Source: Bacillota bacterium (lineage in GTDB: Bacteria; Bacillota; Desulfotomaculia; Desulfotomaculales; Nap2-2B). From it: a stretch of 64,000 nt of DNA. The notes under the pieces are model-generated. The model was not told the DNA's origin. It did not search any database and saw only the letters and a program-made list of their open reading frames with translations. Within the stretch, counting starts at the first letter, position 1. Every line of letters begins with the position of its first letter. A program made the translations under genes and the position numbers. Shown in pieces: positions 36,736-45,772 of this stretch. The stretch spans positions 353 to 64,352 of the forward strand of contig JBFMBG010000004.1 of assembly GCA_040755215.1 (NCBI GenBank). Reading direction: 5' to 3'.

Positions 36736-38154
36736 ATGGCTTTTGAACCGAAACGGCCGCAGAAAGAAATAAAGTATGAAGAAGTCCGTATTTATACGGA
36801 TGAAGAGCTTCGCAACTACACTGACGAAGAGCTTAAAGATTTCAGAATAAAGCACCCGATCCCCGATTTGGAGGAGCTGGAAAAAGGGCCGTGGCCGAGT
36901 TTTGTGGCCGACGCCAAGCGCGAAGCGCTGCATAGAAGAAAACTTGCCGATGACCGGGTGATGATTCCTAAAGACGTCGTGGAAGACTTGCTTGGCCAGC
37001 TGCAACTCTCCTTTGACGACGGCGAGACCCACTGGAAGCACGGCGGCATCGTGGGCGTGTTTGGATACGGCGGCGGCGTCATCGGCCGGTATTCCGACGT
37101 TCCGGAAAAGTTCCCCGGCGTTGCCCATTTCCACACCATCCGGGTGAACCAGCCGGCCAGCAAATTCTATAAAACGGGTTTCTTGAGGGCTCTTTGCGAC
37201 TTGTGGGAATACCGGGGGAGCGGAATCTTTAACATGCACGGTTCCACGGGAGACATCATTTTCCTGGGGACCGTTACCGACCAGTTGGAGCCGATCTTCT
37301 TCGATCTCACCCACGAACTGGATCAGGACCTCGGCGGCTCGGGCTCGAACCTGCGCACGCCTTCCTGCTGCATCGGCAAAGCCCGCTGCGAGTGGGCCTG
37401 CTACGATACCCAGGAACTATGCTACGAACTGACCATGCATTACCAGGACGAGCTGCACCGGCCGGCCTTCCCGTATAAGTTCAAATTCAAGTTCGACGGC
37501 TGCCCCAACGGCTGTGTGGCCTCCATCGCCCGCGCCGACATGTCTATTATCGGCACCTGGCGCGACGACATCCGCATCGATCAGGATGCCGTCCAGGCTT
37601 ACATCAACGGCGAGATTTTGCCCAACGCCGGCGCGCACCGGGGAAGAGACTGGGGCAAGTTCGACATCAACAGGGAAGTCATCGACCTGTGCCCGACGAA
37701 ATGCATGTGGATGGAAGACGGCAAGCTCAAGATCAACAACGCCGAATGCAACCGCTGCATGCATTGCATTAACACCATGCCCCGGGCCCTGCGGCCGGGA
37801 GTCGATACCGGCGCCAGCGTTTTATTCGGGGCCAAGGCGCCCATTCTGGAAGGCGCGCAGATGTCCGTGCTGACCGTTCCCTTCATGAAGATGGAACCAC
37901 CCTACGATAACCTGAAGGAGCTTATCGATAAGGTTTTCGAATGGTGGATGGAAGAGGGCAAGAACCGCGAGCGCCTGGGTGAGCTCATTCAGCGGCAGGG
38001 GCTGTGGCGGTTCCTGGACGTGATCGGCGTGCCGGCCTTCCCGCAGATGGTGAAGGTGCCGCGTTCGAACCCGTACATCTACTGGAAAGAAGAGGACGTG
38101 CCGGGCGGCTGGGAGCGCGACATCGAGGATTACCGCTCCAGACACAGAAGATAG
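36736..38154 (+). CDS. dsrA: Dissimilatory sulfite reductase alpha subunit
   Basis: GPWPSFV, THWKHGGIVGVFGYGGGVIGRY, DLGGSGSNLRTP, KFKFDGCPNGC. Confidence 0.98.
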   Translation: MAFEPKRPQKEIKYEEVRIYTDEELRNYTDEELKDFRIKHPIPDLEELEKGPWPSFVADAKREALHRRKLADDRVMIPKDVVEDLLGQLQLSFDDGETHWKHGGIVGVFGYGGGVIGRYSDVPEKFPGVAHFHTIRVNQPASKFYKTGFLRALCDLWEYRGSGIFNMHGSTGDIIFLGTVTDQLEPIFFDLTHELDQDLGGSGSNLRTPSCCIGKARCEWACYDTQELCYELTMHYQDELHRPAFPYKFKFKFDGCPNGCVASIARADMSIIGTWRDDIRIDQDAVQAYINGEILPNAGAHRGRDWGKFDINREVIDLCPTKCMWMEDGKLKINNAECNRCMHCINTMPRALRPGVDTGASVLFGAKAPILEGAQMSVLTVPFMKMEPPYDNLKELIDKVFEWWMEEGKNRERLGELIQRQGLWRFLDVIGVPAFPQMVKVPRSNPYIYWKEEDVPGGWERDIEDYRSRHRR

Positions 38155-38179
38155 GGATAGGGATAGGAGGTAAAGATAA

Positions 38180-39367
38180 ATGGCGTTTTCTCTTGGCAAG
38201 TCAGGCAAGTACAATCCGGAAAAACCGACGGAAAACAGGATCACCGATATCGGTCCGCGGCACTACTGGGACTTTTTCCCGCCCGTCATTCAGCGCAACT
38301 ACGGCAAGTGGCTTTATCACGACATCCTGGAGCCGGGCGTGCTGGTGCACGTTTCCGAAACGGGAGAGAAGGTCTACACCGTGCGCTGCGGCGGCATGCG
38401 GTTCATGACCGCGGAGATGATCCGGGAAGTCTGCGACATCGCCGACAAGTATTGCGACGGTTACGTGCGCTTCACCACCCGCAACAACATCGAGTTCATG
38501 GTGGACAGCCCGGAAAAGGTGGAGGCGTTAAAGAAAGAACTCTGGAACCGGAAATTCATCACGGGCAGCTACAAGTTCCCCATCGGCGGCACCGGCGCCG
38601 GCATCACCAACATCGTCCACACTCAGGGGTACATCCACTGTCATACCCCGGCGACGGACGCCTCTTCGCTGGTCAAGGCAGTCATGGACGAGCTGTTCGA
38701 TTACTTTACCAGCATGACCCTGCCGGCCCAGCTGAGGATTTCCATGGCCTGCTGCCTGAACATGTGCGGCGCCGTGCATTGCTCGGACATCGCGCTTTTG
38801 GGCTACCACCGGAAGCCGCCCATTGTGGACCACGAAGTGATCGAGTCCATCTGCGAAATTCCGCTGGCCATCGCCGCCTGCCCGGTGGGCGCCATCTCCC
38901 CCGACAAAACCGCCAGCGGCAAGCGGACGGTCAAGATTAAGACCGACCGGTGCATGTTCTGCGGAAACTGCTACACCATGTGCCCGGCGCTGCCGCTTTC
39001 GGACAAGACGGGGGACGGCGTGACAATTCTCGCCGGCGGCAAGCTGTCCAACCGGATCAGCGAACCGAAGTTCTCCAAGGTTGTCGTACCCTGGCTGCCG
39101 AATAACTTCCCGCGGTTCCCCGAAGTGGTGGAGGCCGTCAAGAAAATCGTGGAGGCTTACGCCGCCGATGCCCGGAAGTACGAACGCCTCGGCGACTGGG
39201 CGGAGCGGATCGGCTGGGAGAAATTCTTCGAAAAGTGCGGCCTGCCGTTCACGGAGCACCTCCTCGACGATTACCGCCTGGCTTACGATACCTACCGCAC
39301 CAGCACGCAGTTTAAATTTACCGAGGCGGCCTGGGAGGCCTCGCGGGCGGCGGGAGGCATTGACTAA
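38180..39367 (+). CDS. dsrB: Dissimilatory sulfite reductase beta subunit
   Basis: [44 protein letters not shown]. Confidence 0.98.
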   Translation: MAFSLGKSGKYNPEKPTENRITDIGPRHYWDFFPPVIQRNYGKWLYHDILEPGVLVHVSETGEKVYTVRCGGMRFMTAEMIREVCDIADKYCDGYVRFTTRNNIEFMVDSPEKVEALKKELWNRKFITGSYKFPIGGTGAGITNIVHTQGYIHCHTPATDASSLVKAVMDELFDYFTSMTLPAQLRISMACCLNMCGAVHCSDIALLGYHRKPPIVDHEVIESICEIPLAIAACPVGAISPDKTASGKRTVKIKTDRCMFCGNCYTMCPALPLSDKTGDGVTILAGGKLSNRISEPKFSKVVVPWLPNNFPRFPEVVEAVKKIVEAYAADARKYERLGDWAERIGWEKFFEKCGLPFTEHLLDDYRLAYDTYRTSTQFKFTEAAWEASRAAGGID

Positions 39368-39400
39368 AACCCGCTGCGCGGGTTTAAGGAGGTTTATAAT

Positions 39401-39631
39401 TTGGACGAAATTAAAAAGGCGATCGTTGAATACGCCGAAAGCAGTAAGAAAACAAAGTTTTACTTCAAAGACATGGAGAAGGCTGTTCAGCAAAAAGTTC
39501 CGGGAGCGAAATCCAGAGACATCAAAAAAGCCGCTTCCGAACTGGTCAACGAGGGCACGCTGATTTACTTCTCCACGGGCAGCACGACCATGTACGGTTT
39601 GAAGGGAAGAGGCATCACCGAGGATAAATAG
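39401..39631 (+). CDS. dsrD: DsrD
   Basis: KTKFYFKD...YFSTGSTTMYGLKG, directly after dsrB. Confidence 0.93.
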   Translation: MDEIKKAIVEYAESSKKTKFYFKDMEKAVQQKVPGAKSRDIKKAASELVNEGTLIYFSTGSTTMYGLKGRGITEDK

Positions 39632-39664
39632 CCTCTCCCGGGGTTGCCCTCAAAGAGCAGGTAG

Positions 39665-39714
39665 AAAAGAGGTCGCTACCTTCTTTTTCCGGCGGCCTCT
39701 TTTAGTTGCTTTTT
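39665..39714 (+). terminator. Hairpin after dsrD
   Basis: AAAAGAGGTCGC...GCGGCCTCTTTT followed by T-rich sequence. Confidence 0.5.
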
Positions 39715-39747
39715 AATTTTTGAGCATGAGCAGGGGGTTTAAATGCC

Positions 39748-40374
39748 GTGACCGGGCCAAAGAGCTTCGAGGAATTTATCACCGAACAAAAAAGAATCCT
39801 GCAGGAAAACCCCGAGTGCGCCAACGCCTATTATAATTTAGGCGTGAGCCTCATGCAGCAGGGCAGGCTGGACGAAGCCATCCCCTATTTTGAAGAGGCC
39901 ATCGCCAACAGCGGACGGATGTTTGAGGCCTGTGTAAATTTAGGCTATATTTACTTCAAAAAGGGGGATCTGGAGAAAGTAGTGGAGGCAAACAAAAAGG
40001 CGGTGGAAATCGAGCCGCGGTACGCCCGCGGGTACGCCAACCTGGGGTTTGCTTACTTGCAGATGGCCCGCCCCGACGAGGCCATCGCGGCCCTGGAGAA
40101 AGCCATCACTCTAAACCCGCGCATCGTCCAGGCCTGGACCAACCTGGCCAACGCCTACCTGCAAAAAGGGGATCTTGATCAGGCCATTGAAACCGGCCGG
40201 GAATTGCTCAAAATAGCGCCTGATTTTCCCCTTGCCCACAACAACCTGGCCTATGCTTATTACCTGAAGGAAGATTACGCCAACGCCGTCGAGCATGTCG
40301 ATAAAGCCAGGGAACTTGGTTTTGAAGTCCACCCGGAATTTCTGGCCGAACTGGCGCCTTACCGAAGCAAATGA
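39748..40374 (+). CDS. TPR protein in the dsr cluster
   Basis: Five TPR-like repeats (AYYNLG, ACVNLG, GYANLG, AWTNLA, AHNNLA). Confidence 0.9.
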   Translation: MTGPKSFEEFITEQKRILQENPECANAYYNLGVSLMQQGRLDEAIPYFEEAIANSGRMFEACVNLGYIYFKKGDLEKVVEANKKAVEIEPRYARGYANLGFAYLQMARPDEAIAALEKAITLNPRIVQAWTNLANAYLQKGDLDQAIETGRELLKIAPDFPLAHNNLAYAYYLKEDYANAVEHVDKARELGFEVHPEFLAELAPYRSK

Positions 40375-40399
40375 AAATGGAAAAACCCGGCCGGTCGTC

Positions 40400-41599
40400 T
40401 TATTCTTTCGCCGCGGCCGCCAGGGCTTCGGCGGCCAGCCGGCCGACGGTCTTTGTAACCAATTCCCCTCTTTCGTAGATGTTGATTTCGTGCGGGTCGT
40501 TTTGCAAGGACTGCAATTCCCCGGCGGCTTTTGCCGCGCCCAGGCTGCCGAGGAGCGCGGCCGCCTGACCCCGGATTTCCGGGTGGGGGTTTTGGAGGAA
40601 AGGCGTAAAATAAGCGGCTGATTTTTTGATTAAATCCGGCCGCCTCCTGGCGATTTTGCCGACAGCCTCCAGAATTTTGGCCTGCAACTCCGGATCTCCC
40701 CTTTTTTCTTCCAGGAGCTGGTACAGCACCGGGATGTAGCCGGCATAAATGCCCACGGAACGGCTGATGATTTCGCCGATTGCTTCCATTGCCCCCCAGC
40801 CGGAGGCGGCGGTGTCCGTCAAAGAGGTAAACAGGCCCTGGAGGAGCCCGGAAACAAACCGCGGATTTTTTTGGGCGGCCGCGGCGCAGGCCCGGCCCAG
40901 GAATTCGGCCGCCCGGAGACGGGTCAATTCGTCAGCCGAATAAAGCAGGCGCTGCAGGTGCCGGATCGTTTTTTGATCCGGGCCGGCGCCGGCTAACAGC
41001 GGCGCAGGCGTGTATTGTTCCACCAGTTGCGCCACTTCTTCTTTGGTGAAAGTCCTTGCGGCCGGCTCCCGGGCCGGCGCCGGCGAAGCAGGTTTAACCG
41101 GGGCCGGTTGCTGGAGCCGCTGTTCAACGCCCCGGCGGGTGACCTCCTGGATGTCGTCGTGCGGCCTGACGAAATAAAGAGCCCCGGAGATCTTTCTGCC
41201 CTCCCAAAATCCGCCCGGAACAAGCTGATTTGTTTCGTAATCGTAATTCTCCACGATTTTTTCCAGGTAATCTTCCTCCGGCAGCAAACCCCAGGCCAGA
41301 TTCCAATCCATGTTGCAGCTGAAGACAAGCGCTTCAATGAAAGCGGCGCCCAGGTTGTGCCCGGTGGCGTCGTAGGCGTAGACAGCCCCGCAGGCGCAGC
41401 ACCCGAGGGGCATCTCCTGCGGCCGGCGGGTTTTCAGTTCTTTTGGTTTTTCCAGCGGAAGGCCGCAGAAAGGACAGGCGGGTTTGACCGTCAGCTGCCT
41501 GGAGAAAAGGCCTCTTTGCCTGGAATCACTTGCTTTTCGCGAATAAAGCCGATCATCCTCGCTGAGCCCGTGAACCGGACGACCATGCTTCGTTTTCAT
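40400..41599 (-). CDS. Cys-rich N-terminal domain plus HEAT-repeat protein (DVU0298-like)
   Basis: CPFC...GCCACGAVY, WGAMEAIGEII, PEIRGQAAALLG. Confidence 0.65.
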   Translation of the reverse strand: MKTKHGRPVHGLSEDDRLYSRKASDSRQRGLFSRQLTVKPACPFCGLPLEKPKELKTRRPQEMPLGCCACGAVYAYDATGHNLGAAFIEALVFSCNMDWNLAWGLLPEEDYLEKIVENYDYETNQLVPGGFWEGRKISGALYFVRPHDDIQEVTRRGVEQRLQQPAPVKPASPAPAREPAARTFTKEEVAQLVEQYTPAPLLAGAGPDQKTIRHLQRLLYSADELTRLRAAEFLGRACAAAAQKNPRFVSGLLQGLFTSLTDTAASGWGAMEAIGEIISRSVGIYAGYIPVLYQLLEEKRGDPELQAKILEAVGKIARRRPDLIKKSAAYFTPFLQNPHPEIRGQAAALLGSLGAAKAAGELQSLQNDPHEINIYERGELVTKTVGRLAAEALAAAAKE

Positions 41600-41667
41600 A
41601 TTTCTCCCCCTCAGCCCTCTATTTTCATGCTTATGGAGAGAATGCAAGTTTCCATGAGCAACTTTCT

Positions 41668-41907
41668 TTAGTCCGGTCCCGGGATGTCCAGAGTCATGCA
41701 GTTCGTCCCTGGGCTGCAGGATTTGGTGGTAAGCTTTGGCTTTTTCCCGCCTTTGCCCATCATATAGTTGGTCTTGCTGATTACCCGCTCAAAGGAGGAG
41801 GACTTGCAGGCAGGACACTCAACGTTATCCGCTTTCTCGTCCGGGTTTAAGAAAAGTTTTTCAAAAAGCTGGCCGCATTGCAGACAGCGAAATTCAAAAA
41901 TCGGCAT
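41668..41907 (-). CDS. FmdB-family zinc-ribbon protein
   Basis: MPIFEFRCLQCG...CPAC; sigma-A promoter TTGACG-N17-TATACT at 41971-41999 on the minus strand. Confidence 0.88.
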   Translation of the reverse strand: MPIFEFRCLQCGQLFEKLFLNPDEKADNVECPACKSSSFERVISKTNYMMGKGGKKPKLTTKSCSPGTNCMTLDIPGPD

Positions 41908-42031
41908 TATATTCCTCCTTGATAAGAAATATCCATTTAAAATCCCGGGATTGGCTTACCCCTGTCCTAAAGTATATCAGCAGGCGGTCCGGACGTCAAA
42001 TCGCCCGCGGGCAAAATTTTCGGATAAATAA

Positions 42032-42123
42032 GCAGGAATCGGCAGGTCAGTGCCGAAGAGATAGAAGTGGCGAAGCGAAAAAAAATGTTCTGGAGAAGGA
42101 TTAATTAGATTAATGACGAATAT
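42032..42123 (+). promoter_or_regulatory. Two tandem sigma-H-type promoters upstream of ferredoxin-dsrMK
   Basis: GCAGGAATC-N11-GCCGAAGAG (42032-42060) and GAAGGATTA-N11-GACGAATAT (42095-42123). Confidence 0.5.
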
Positions 42124-42481
42124 ATGTTATTGGTGTTTGCTTAAAAAAACGGTTCCAGGCAGTTTTTTACGCTTATAGGTTAGGAGGTGGTCAATTAACC
42201 TGAAAAACGGTCTTTTATTCTATACGACGGTGGGGCCTTTCGCCGGCGGTTGATGAGCATCAAGGAACGTTTGTGAAGGCGTTACCGGGGTTGGTATGTT
42301 GCGCAAACCGGTTGGTAAGCTGGTTGCAACACAGGCGGTTAAAGCAGCAAACCAGGTGAATACGCCGGGGTTGGTTAACCGGCCGAAGTCTCCCGGGAAT
42401 ATCCCGGGAATATGCTGGAGAGCAAATTAAATTAATTACAGGAGGTGTAAATTCCCGGTTTTTTAAACCGGGATATAAGGA

Positions 42482-42670
42482 ATGTTCAGAGTGTCTATTG
42501 ATCGCGACAAGTGCGAAGGATGCGGAGAATGCGCCGATTCCTGCCCGGCCGGCATTTTGGGCATGGAAGACGGGAAGGCGGCCGTCGTTGGCGAGCCGGA
42601 TGAATGTATGGGTTGCGAAACCTGTGTGACTGTTTGCCCCAGCGGCGCGGCCCAGATCGAGGAGTCGTAG
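42482..42670 (+). CDS. 2x[4Fe-4S] ferredoxin
   Basis: CEGCGECADSCP and CMGCETCVTVCP. Confidence 0.92.
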   Translation: MFRVSIDRDKCEGCGECADSCPAGILGMEDGKAAVVGEPDECMGCETCVTVCPSGAAQIEES

Positions 42671-42815
42671 CCGGGGAGAGGAGAAGGGAATTTTTAACCT
42701 TAAAGCCGCTTAAATTTCCGTGAAGAGAAGATTTACCCCGGGGTCTTCTTTTTCACGGCGGCTAATTGGCCTTGACCGGAAAAGCACAGCCGAAAAGAGA
42801 GGGGTGAACAGCCTG

Positions 42816-43628
42816 GTGGCATATTTTATCGTCCAGATTCTGCCTTATATTGCGCTCACCATCTTCGGTTTAGGTCTTTTGTTCCGCCTGGGCCGGTGGG
42901 CGGCGGCGCGCCTTTTGGGCACGTCCCACGAGATAACGCTGGCGCCTTTTCCGCAAACGCCCTTTCAGGCAGGCTGGATTTTTATCCGGGAAATAGCTCT
43001 TTTCCGGAATATATTCTTTTTTGAACCCTCCCTTTGGGTAGGCGCGTGGCCCATGCACATCGCCCTGTTCATGGTTTTGGGCGGGCACGCGGTAGGGTTT
43101 TATTTCCTGGGGGAACAGTTTGTCTTTATCGGGATGTCCCCGGAATTAAGCAAATTTATGTCAAATTTGCTGGGTTCCGTATTTGGCCTGGTTTTGCTGG
43201 CGGGCTTAATTTACCTGCTGATCCGGAGAGTATCCCTGGCCAGGGTAAGGCAAATTTCCAACCCCAGTGATTATCTGCACCTGGTCCTGTTAATCGCCAT
43301 CGTTGCCGTCGGCGATTTCATGCGCTATTTTCCGCAGTACGGGATGCACTACGAGGAAGTGTACGAATACTTCAAGGCGCTTATTTTCTTGCAGCCGGTG
43401 CCGGAATTTGTTTATCACAACGTATTTTTCATTACGCACATGCTGCTGGTGCAAATCTTGATGATTGTTTTCCCGTTCAGCAAACTGGTTCACCTGTTCG
43501 GCATGTTTGCTTTGCGCTGGATTGAAAACCGCGTCCATATAGATCCCGAGCCCGGCCTGCCCAATGTGGACGTTGCCGCCGCGCGGGCGAAAGGCACGGG
43601 TCTGCCTTCTGCCGGCGGCGCTGCGTAA
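42816..43628 (+). CDS. dsrM: DsrM (NarI-like cytochrome b membrane subunit)
   Basis: WPMH..GGH, RR.....RQISNPSDY, THMLL...FPFSKLVH; directly upstream of dsrK. Confidence 0.85.
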   Translation: MAYFIVQILPYIALTIFGLGLLFRLGRWAAARLLGTSHEITLAPFPQTPFQAGWIFIREIALFRNIFFFEPSLWVGAWPMHIALFMVLGGHAVGFYFLGEQFVFIGMSPELSKFMSNLLGSVFGLVLLAGLIYLLIRRVSLARVRQISNPSDYLHLVLLIAIVAVGDFMRYFPQYGMHYEEVYEYFKALIFLQPVPEFVYHNVFFITHMLLVQILMIVFPFSKLVHLFGMFALRWIENRVHIDPEPGLPNVDVAAARAKGTGLPSAGGAA

Positions 43629-43646
43629 GGGGGAGGAGTCTAACCT

Positions 43647-45044
43647 ATGCCGACGTATAAAGGAATGGCGCAACCCGCCAAAGCATCTGCGGAAGATCTC
43701 AAAAAGTTAAAAGTGATTCCCGTGCCGGATGAGCAAAAAGTGGCGGAAGCCATCCGGTTAATCGACGAGATGCGCAAAAAATTCCGCTCTTTCGTGCTGG
43801 CTATGGAGTCCTGTGTCAAATGCGGGGTCTGCGCCGAAAATTGCCATTCCTACCTGGGCACCAGGGATCCGAACAACATTCCCACCAACCGGGCGGAACT
43901 GATCCGGAAAATCTACCGCCGCTACTTTACCCTGGAAGGCCGCTGGTTCGGCAAGCTGGTGGGCGCCGAGGACATGAGCCTGGACGTTCTCGAACAGTGG
44001 TATTCGTATTTCTACCAGTGCACCGAGTGCCGCCGTTGCGGAACAGTGTGTCCCTTCGGAATCGATACCTGCGAAGTGACCATGGTCGCCCGCCAGATCC
44101 TGTACTGGCTGGGGATCGTGCCCAAGCTTCACGCGGGGGGAGGCTGGGGAATTATCAATGCCGGCAACCAGGGTAATATCACCAAGCCGGCGATTGTGGA
44201 CACCCTGGAATTTCTCAGCGAGGAAGCCAAAGAAGAATTCGGGGTGGACATCCGGTTCCCGGTCGACGAAGAGGCGGACATTTTATACGTGCCTTCTTCG
44301 GCGGACTACTTGTTGAACCCGTATACTTTGATGGGCGCTGCGATGTTCTTCACTTATATCGGGGCCAAATGGACCATTCCCAGTTTCATGTCCGAGGCGG
44401 GAAACTTCGGTCTTTTATTTGACCAGCGGTATTTAATGCGCAATCTTTTTATGCGCCTGCACGATGCGGCGACGACCCTGGGAGTCAAGAAAATTGTCTG
44501 GGGTGAGTGCGGGCACGGCTGGCGCGCGTGGAAAATGTACCTGCCGTATTTTGTCGACAAGCCTTTGCGGTGGGAGATTACCCACCTGCACGACGAGGTG
44601 GCCTATTACATCCGGACGAACCAGTTAAAGCTGGACCCGACCAAAAATTACCAGCCGGTAACGCTCCACGACCCGTGCAATTACGTGCGGGCCTGCAGTC
44701 CGGACGGTCCTTACGGGCATACGGAAAACATGCGCACCATTATCCGGGCGGTCACCGTGGACTTCCGGGAAATGTACCCCAACCGGGAAAGGAATTTTTG
44801 CTGCGGCGGCGGTTCGGCCGTGCTGTTCGACGACCCGGAGATGTACCAGAAGCGCATCCAGTTTTCCCAGACGAAGGCCGACCAGATCCGGGCGACCGGC
44901 GTGGGCAAGGACGGCAACGGCGTCCTTTGCGCGCCCTGTTCCATTTGCAAGGCCCAGTTTTATCCCATGGTGGAAGAACACGAACTGGGCGTGACGGTTC
45001 ACGGGCTGATTGACCTGGTGGGGAAGGCGCTGGTCTGGAAGTAG
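43647..45044 (+). CDS. dsrK: DsrK-like Fe-S/CCG catalytic subunit
   Basis: CVKCGVCAENC, YQCTECRRCGTVCPFGID, GECGHGWR, HDPCN, CCGGG, CSICK. Confidence 0.88.
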   Translation: MPTYKGMAQPAKASAEDLKKLKVIPVPDEQKVAEAIRLIDEMRKKFRSFVLAMESCVKCGVCAENCHSYLGTRDPNNIPTNRAELIRKIYRRYFTLEGRWFGKLVGAEDMSLDVLEQWYSYFYQCTECRRCGTVCPFGIDTCEVTMVARQILYWLGIVPKLHAGGGWGIINAGNQGNITKPAIVDTLEFLSEEAKEEFGVDIRFPVDEEADILYVPSSADYLLNPYTLMGAAMFFTYIGAKWTIPSFMSEAGNFGLLFDQRYLMRNLFMRLHDAATTLGVKKIVWGECGHGWRAWKMYLPYFVDKPLRWEITHLHDEVAYYIRTNQLKLDPTKNYQPVTLHDPCNYVRACSPDGPYGHTENMRTIIRAVTVDFREMYPNRERNFCCGGGSAVLFDDPEMYQKRIQFSQTKADQIRATGVGKDGNGVLCAPCSICKAQFYPMVEEHELGVTVHGLIDLVGKALVWK

Positions 45045-45062
45045 GAAGACAGGCAGGGCAGG

Positions 45063-45091
45063 TTGACGAGCAGAGTGTTTAATGGTATTCT
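45063..45091 (+). promoter_or_regulatory. sigma-A promoter of dsrC
   Basis: TTGACG-N17-TATTCT with a TG extension. Confidence 0.6.
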
Positions 45092-45195
45092 TATGGGTGG
45101 GAGAGTGGTTGCTTAAGAGTAGAGACAGGCGGGGCTTTGGAAAAGAGAGCGGGTAATTATAAAAAGTAAATTTTCACGGAGGTGTGCTTTTAATA

Positions 45196-45513
45196 ATGGC
45201 ATCCATTAACGTTAATGGCGTGGAAATCGAAATTGACGAGGACGGTTTTATCCAGGATCCTGACAAGTGGAACGAGGACGTCGCGAAGTTCCTGGCGAAG
45301 GGCGAAGGCGTCGAAGAAATGGGCGAGGACCACTGGAAAGTGGTTAACTATTTAAGAGATTACTACCTGAAGTTCCAGATTGCTCCAATGATCCGGAAGC
45401 TTTGTAAAGAAACCGGCTTCAGCTTAAAGTACATTTACGAGCTGTTCCCCTCCGGCCCAGCCAAAGGCGCCTGTAAAATTGCCGGTTTGCCAAAGCCCAC
45501 CGGCTGCGTATAA
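45196..45513 (+). CDS. dsrC: DsrC sulfur carrier
   Basis: DEDGF, APMIRKLCK, LFPSGPAKGACKIAGLPKPTGCV with both C-terminal Cys. Confidence 0.96.
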   Translation: MASINVNGVEIEIDEDGFIQDPDKWNEDVAKFLAKGEGVEEMGEDHWKVVNYLRDYYLKFQIAPMIRKLCKETGFSLKYIYELFPSGPAKGACKIAGLPKPTGCV

Positions 45514-45556
45514 TCCGTAAAGAAGGCAACCACAAGAAGGTTCGCTGGTTATTTGC

Positions 45557-45596
45557 GCCCGTCCCTGTGAAGCCGAAAAGGGACGGGTTTTATTTT
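45557..45596 (+). terminator. dsrC terminator
   Basis: CCCGTCCCT...AGGGACGGG followed by TTTTATTTT. Confidence 0.7.
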
Positions 45597-45602
45597 AGAG
45601 TT

Positions 45603-45708
45603 GCCAAAGGCACAAAGGCATAGAGGCACAAAGAGGAAAATCGCCGACACTAAGAAAACATGTTAAACTATTTACTTTGTGCCTTTGTGCCTGTGCACTT
45701 TGTGCCTG
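45603..45708. repeat. 8-nt-unit (GGCACAAA) inverted hairpin
   Basis: AAAGGCACAAAGGCATAGAGGCACAAAG ... CTTTGTGCCTTTGTGCCTGTGCACTTTGTGCCT. Confidence 0.75.
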
Positions 45709-45772
45709 TTTTTTTAAGGCAGCTGCAGTTTTTGCAGCGAGTCTGGCGGAAAAACTGTTTGTTGGAGTGAAG

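Noticed and set aside
38151-38170. GATAGG hexamer repeat between dsrA and dsrB
   Set aside because: Only about three units, merging with the RBS; too short to support a function.
42816-45044. Absence of dsrJOP as a novelty
   Set aside because: DsrMK without DsrJOP is the known arrangement in many Gram-positive sulfate reducers.
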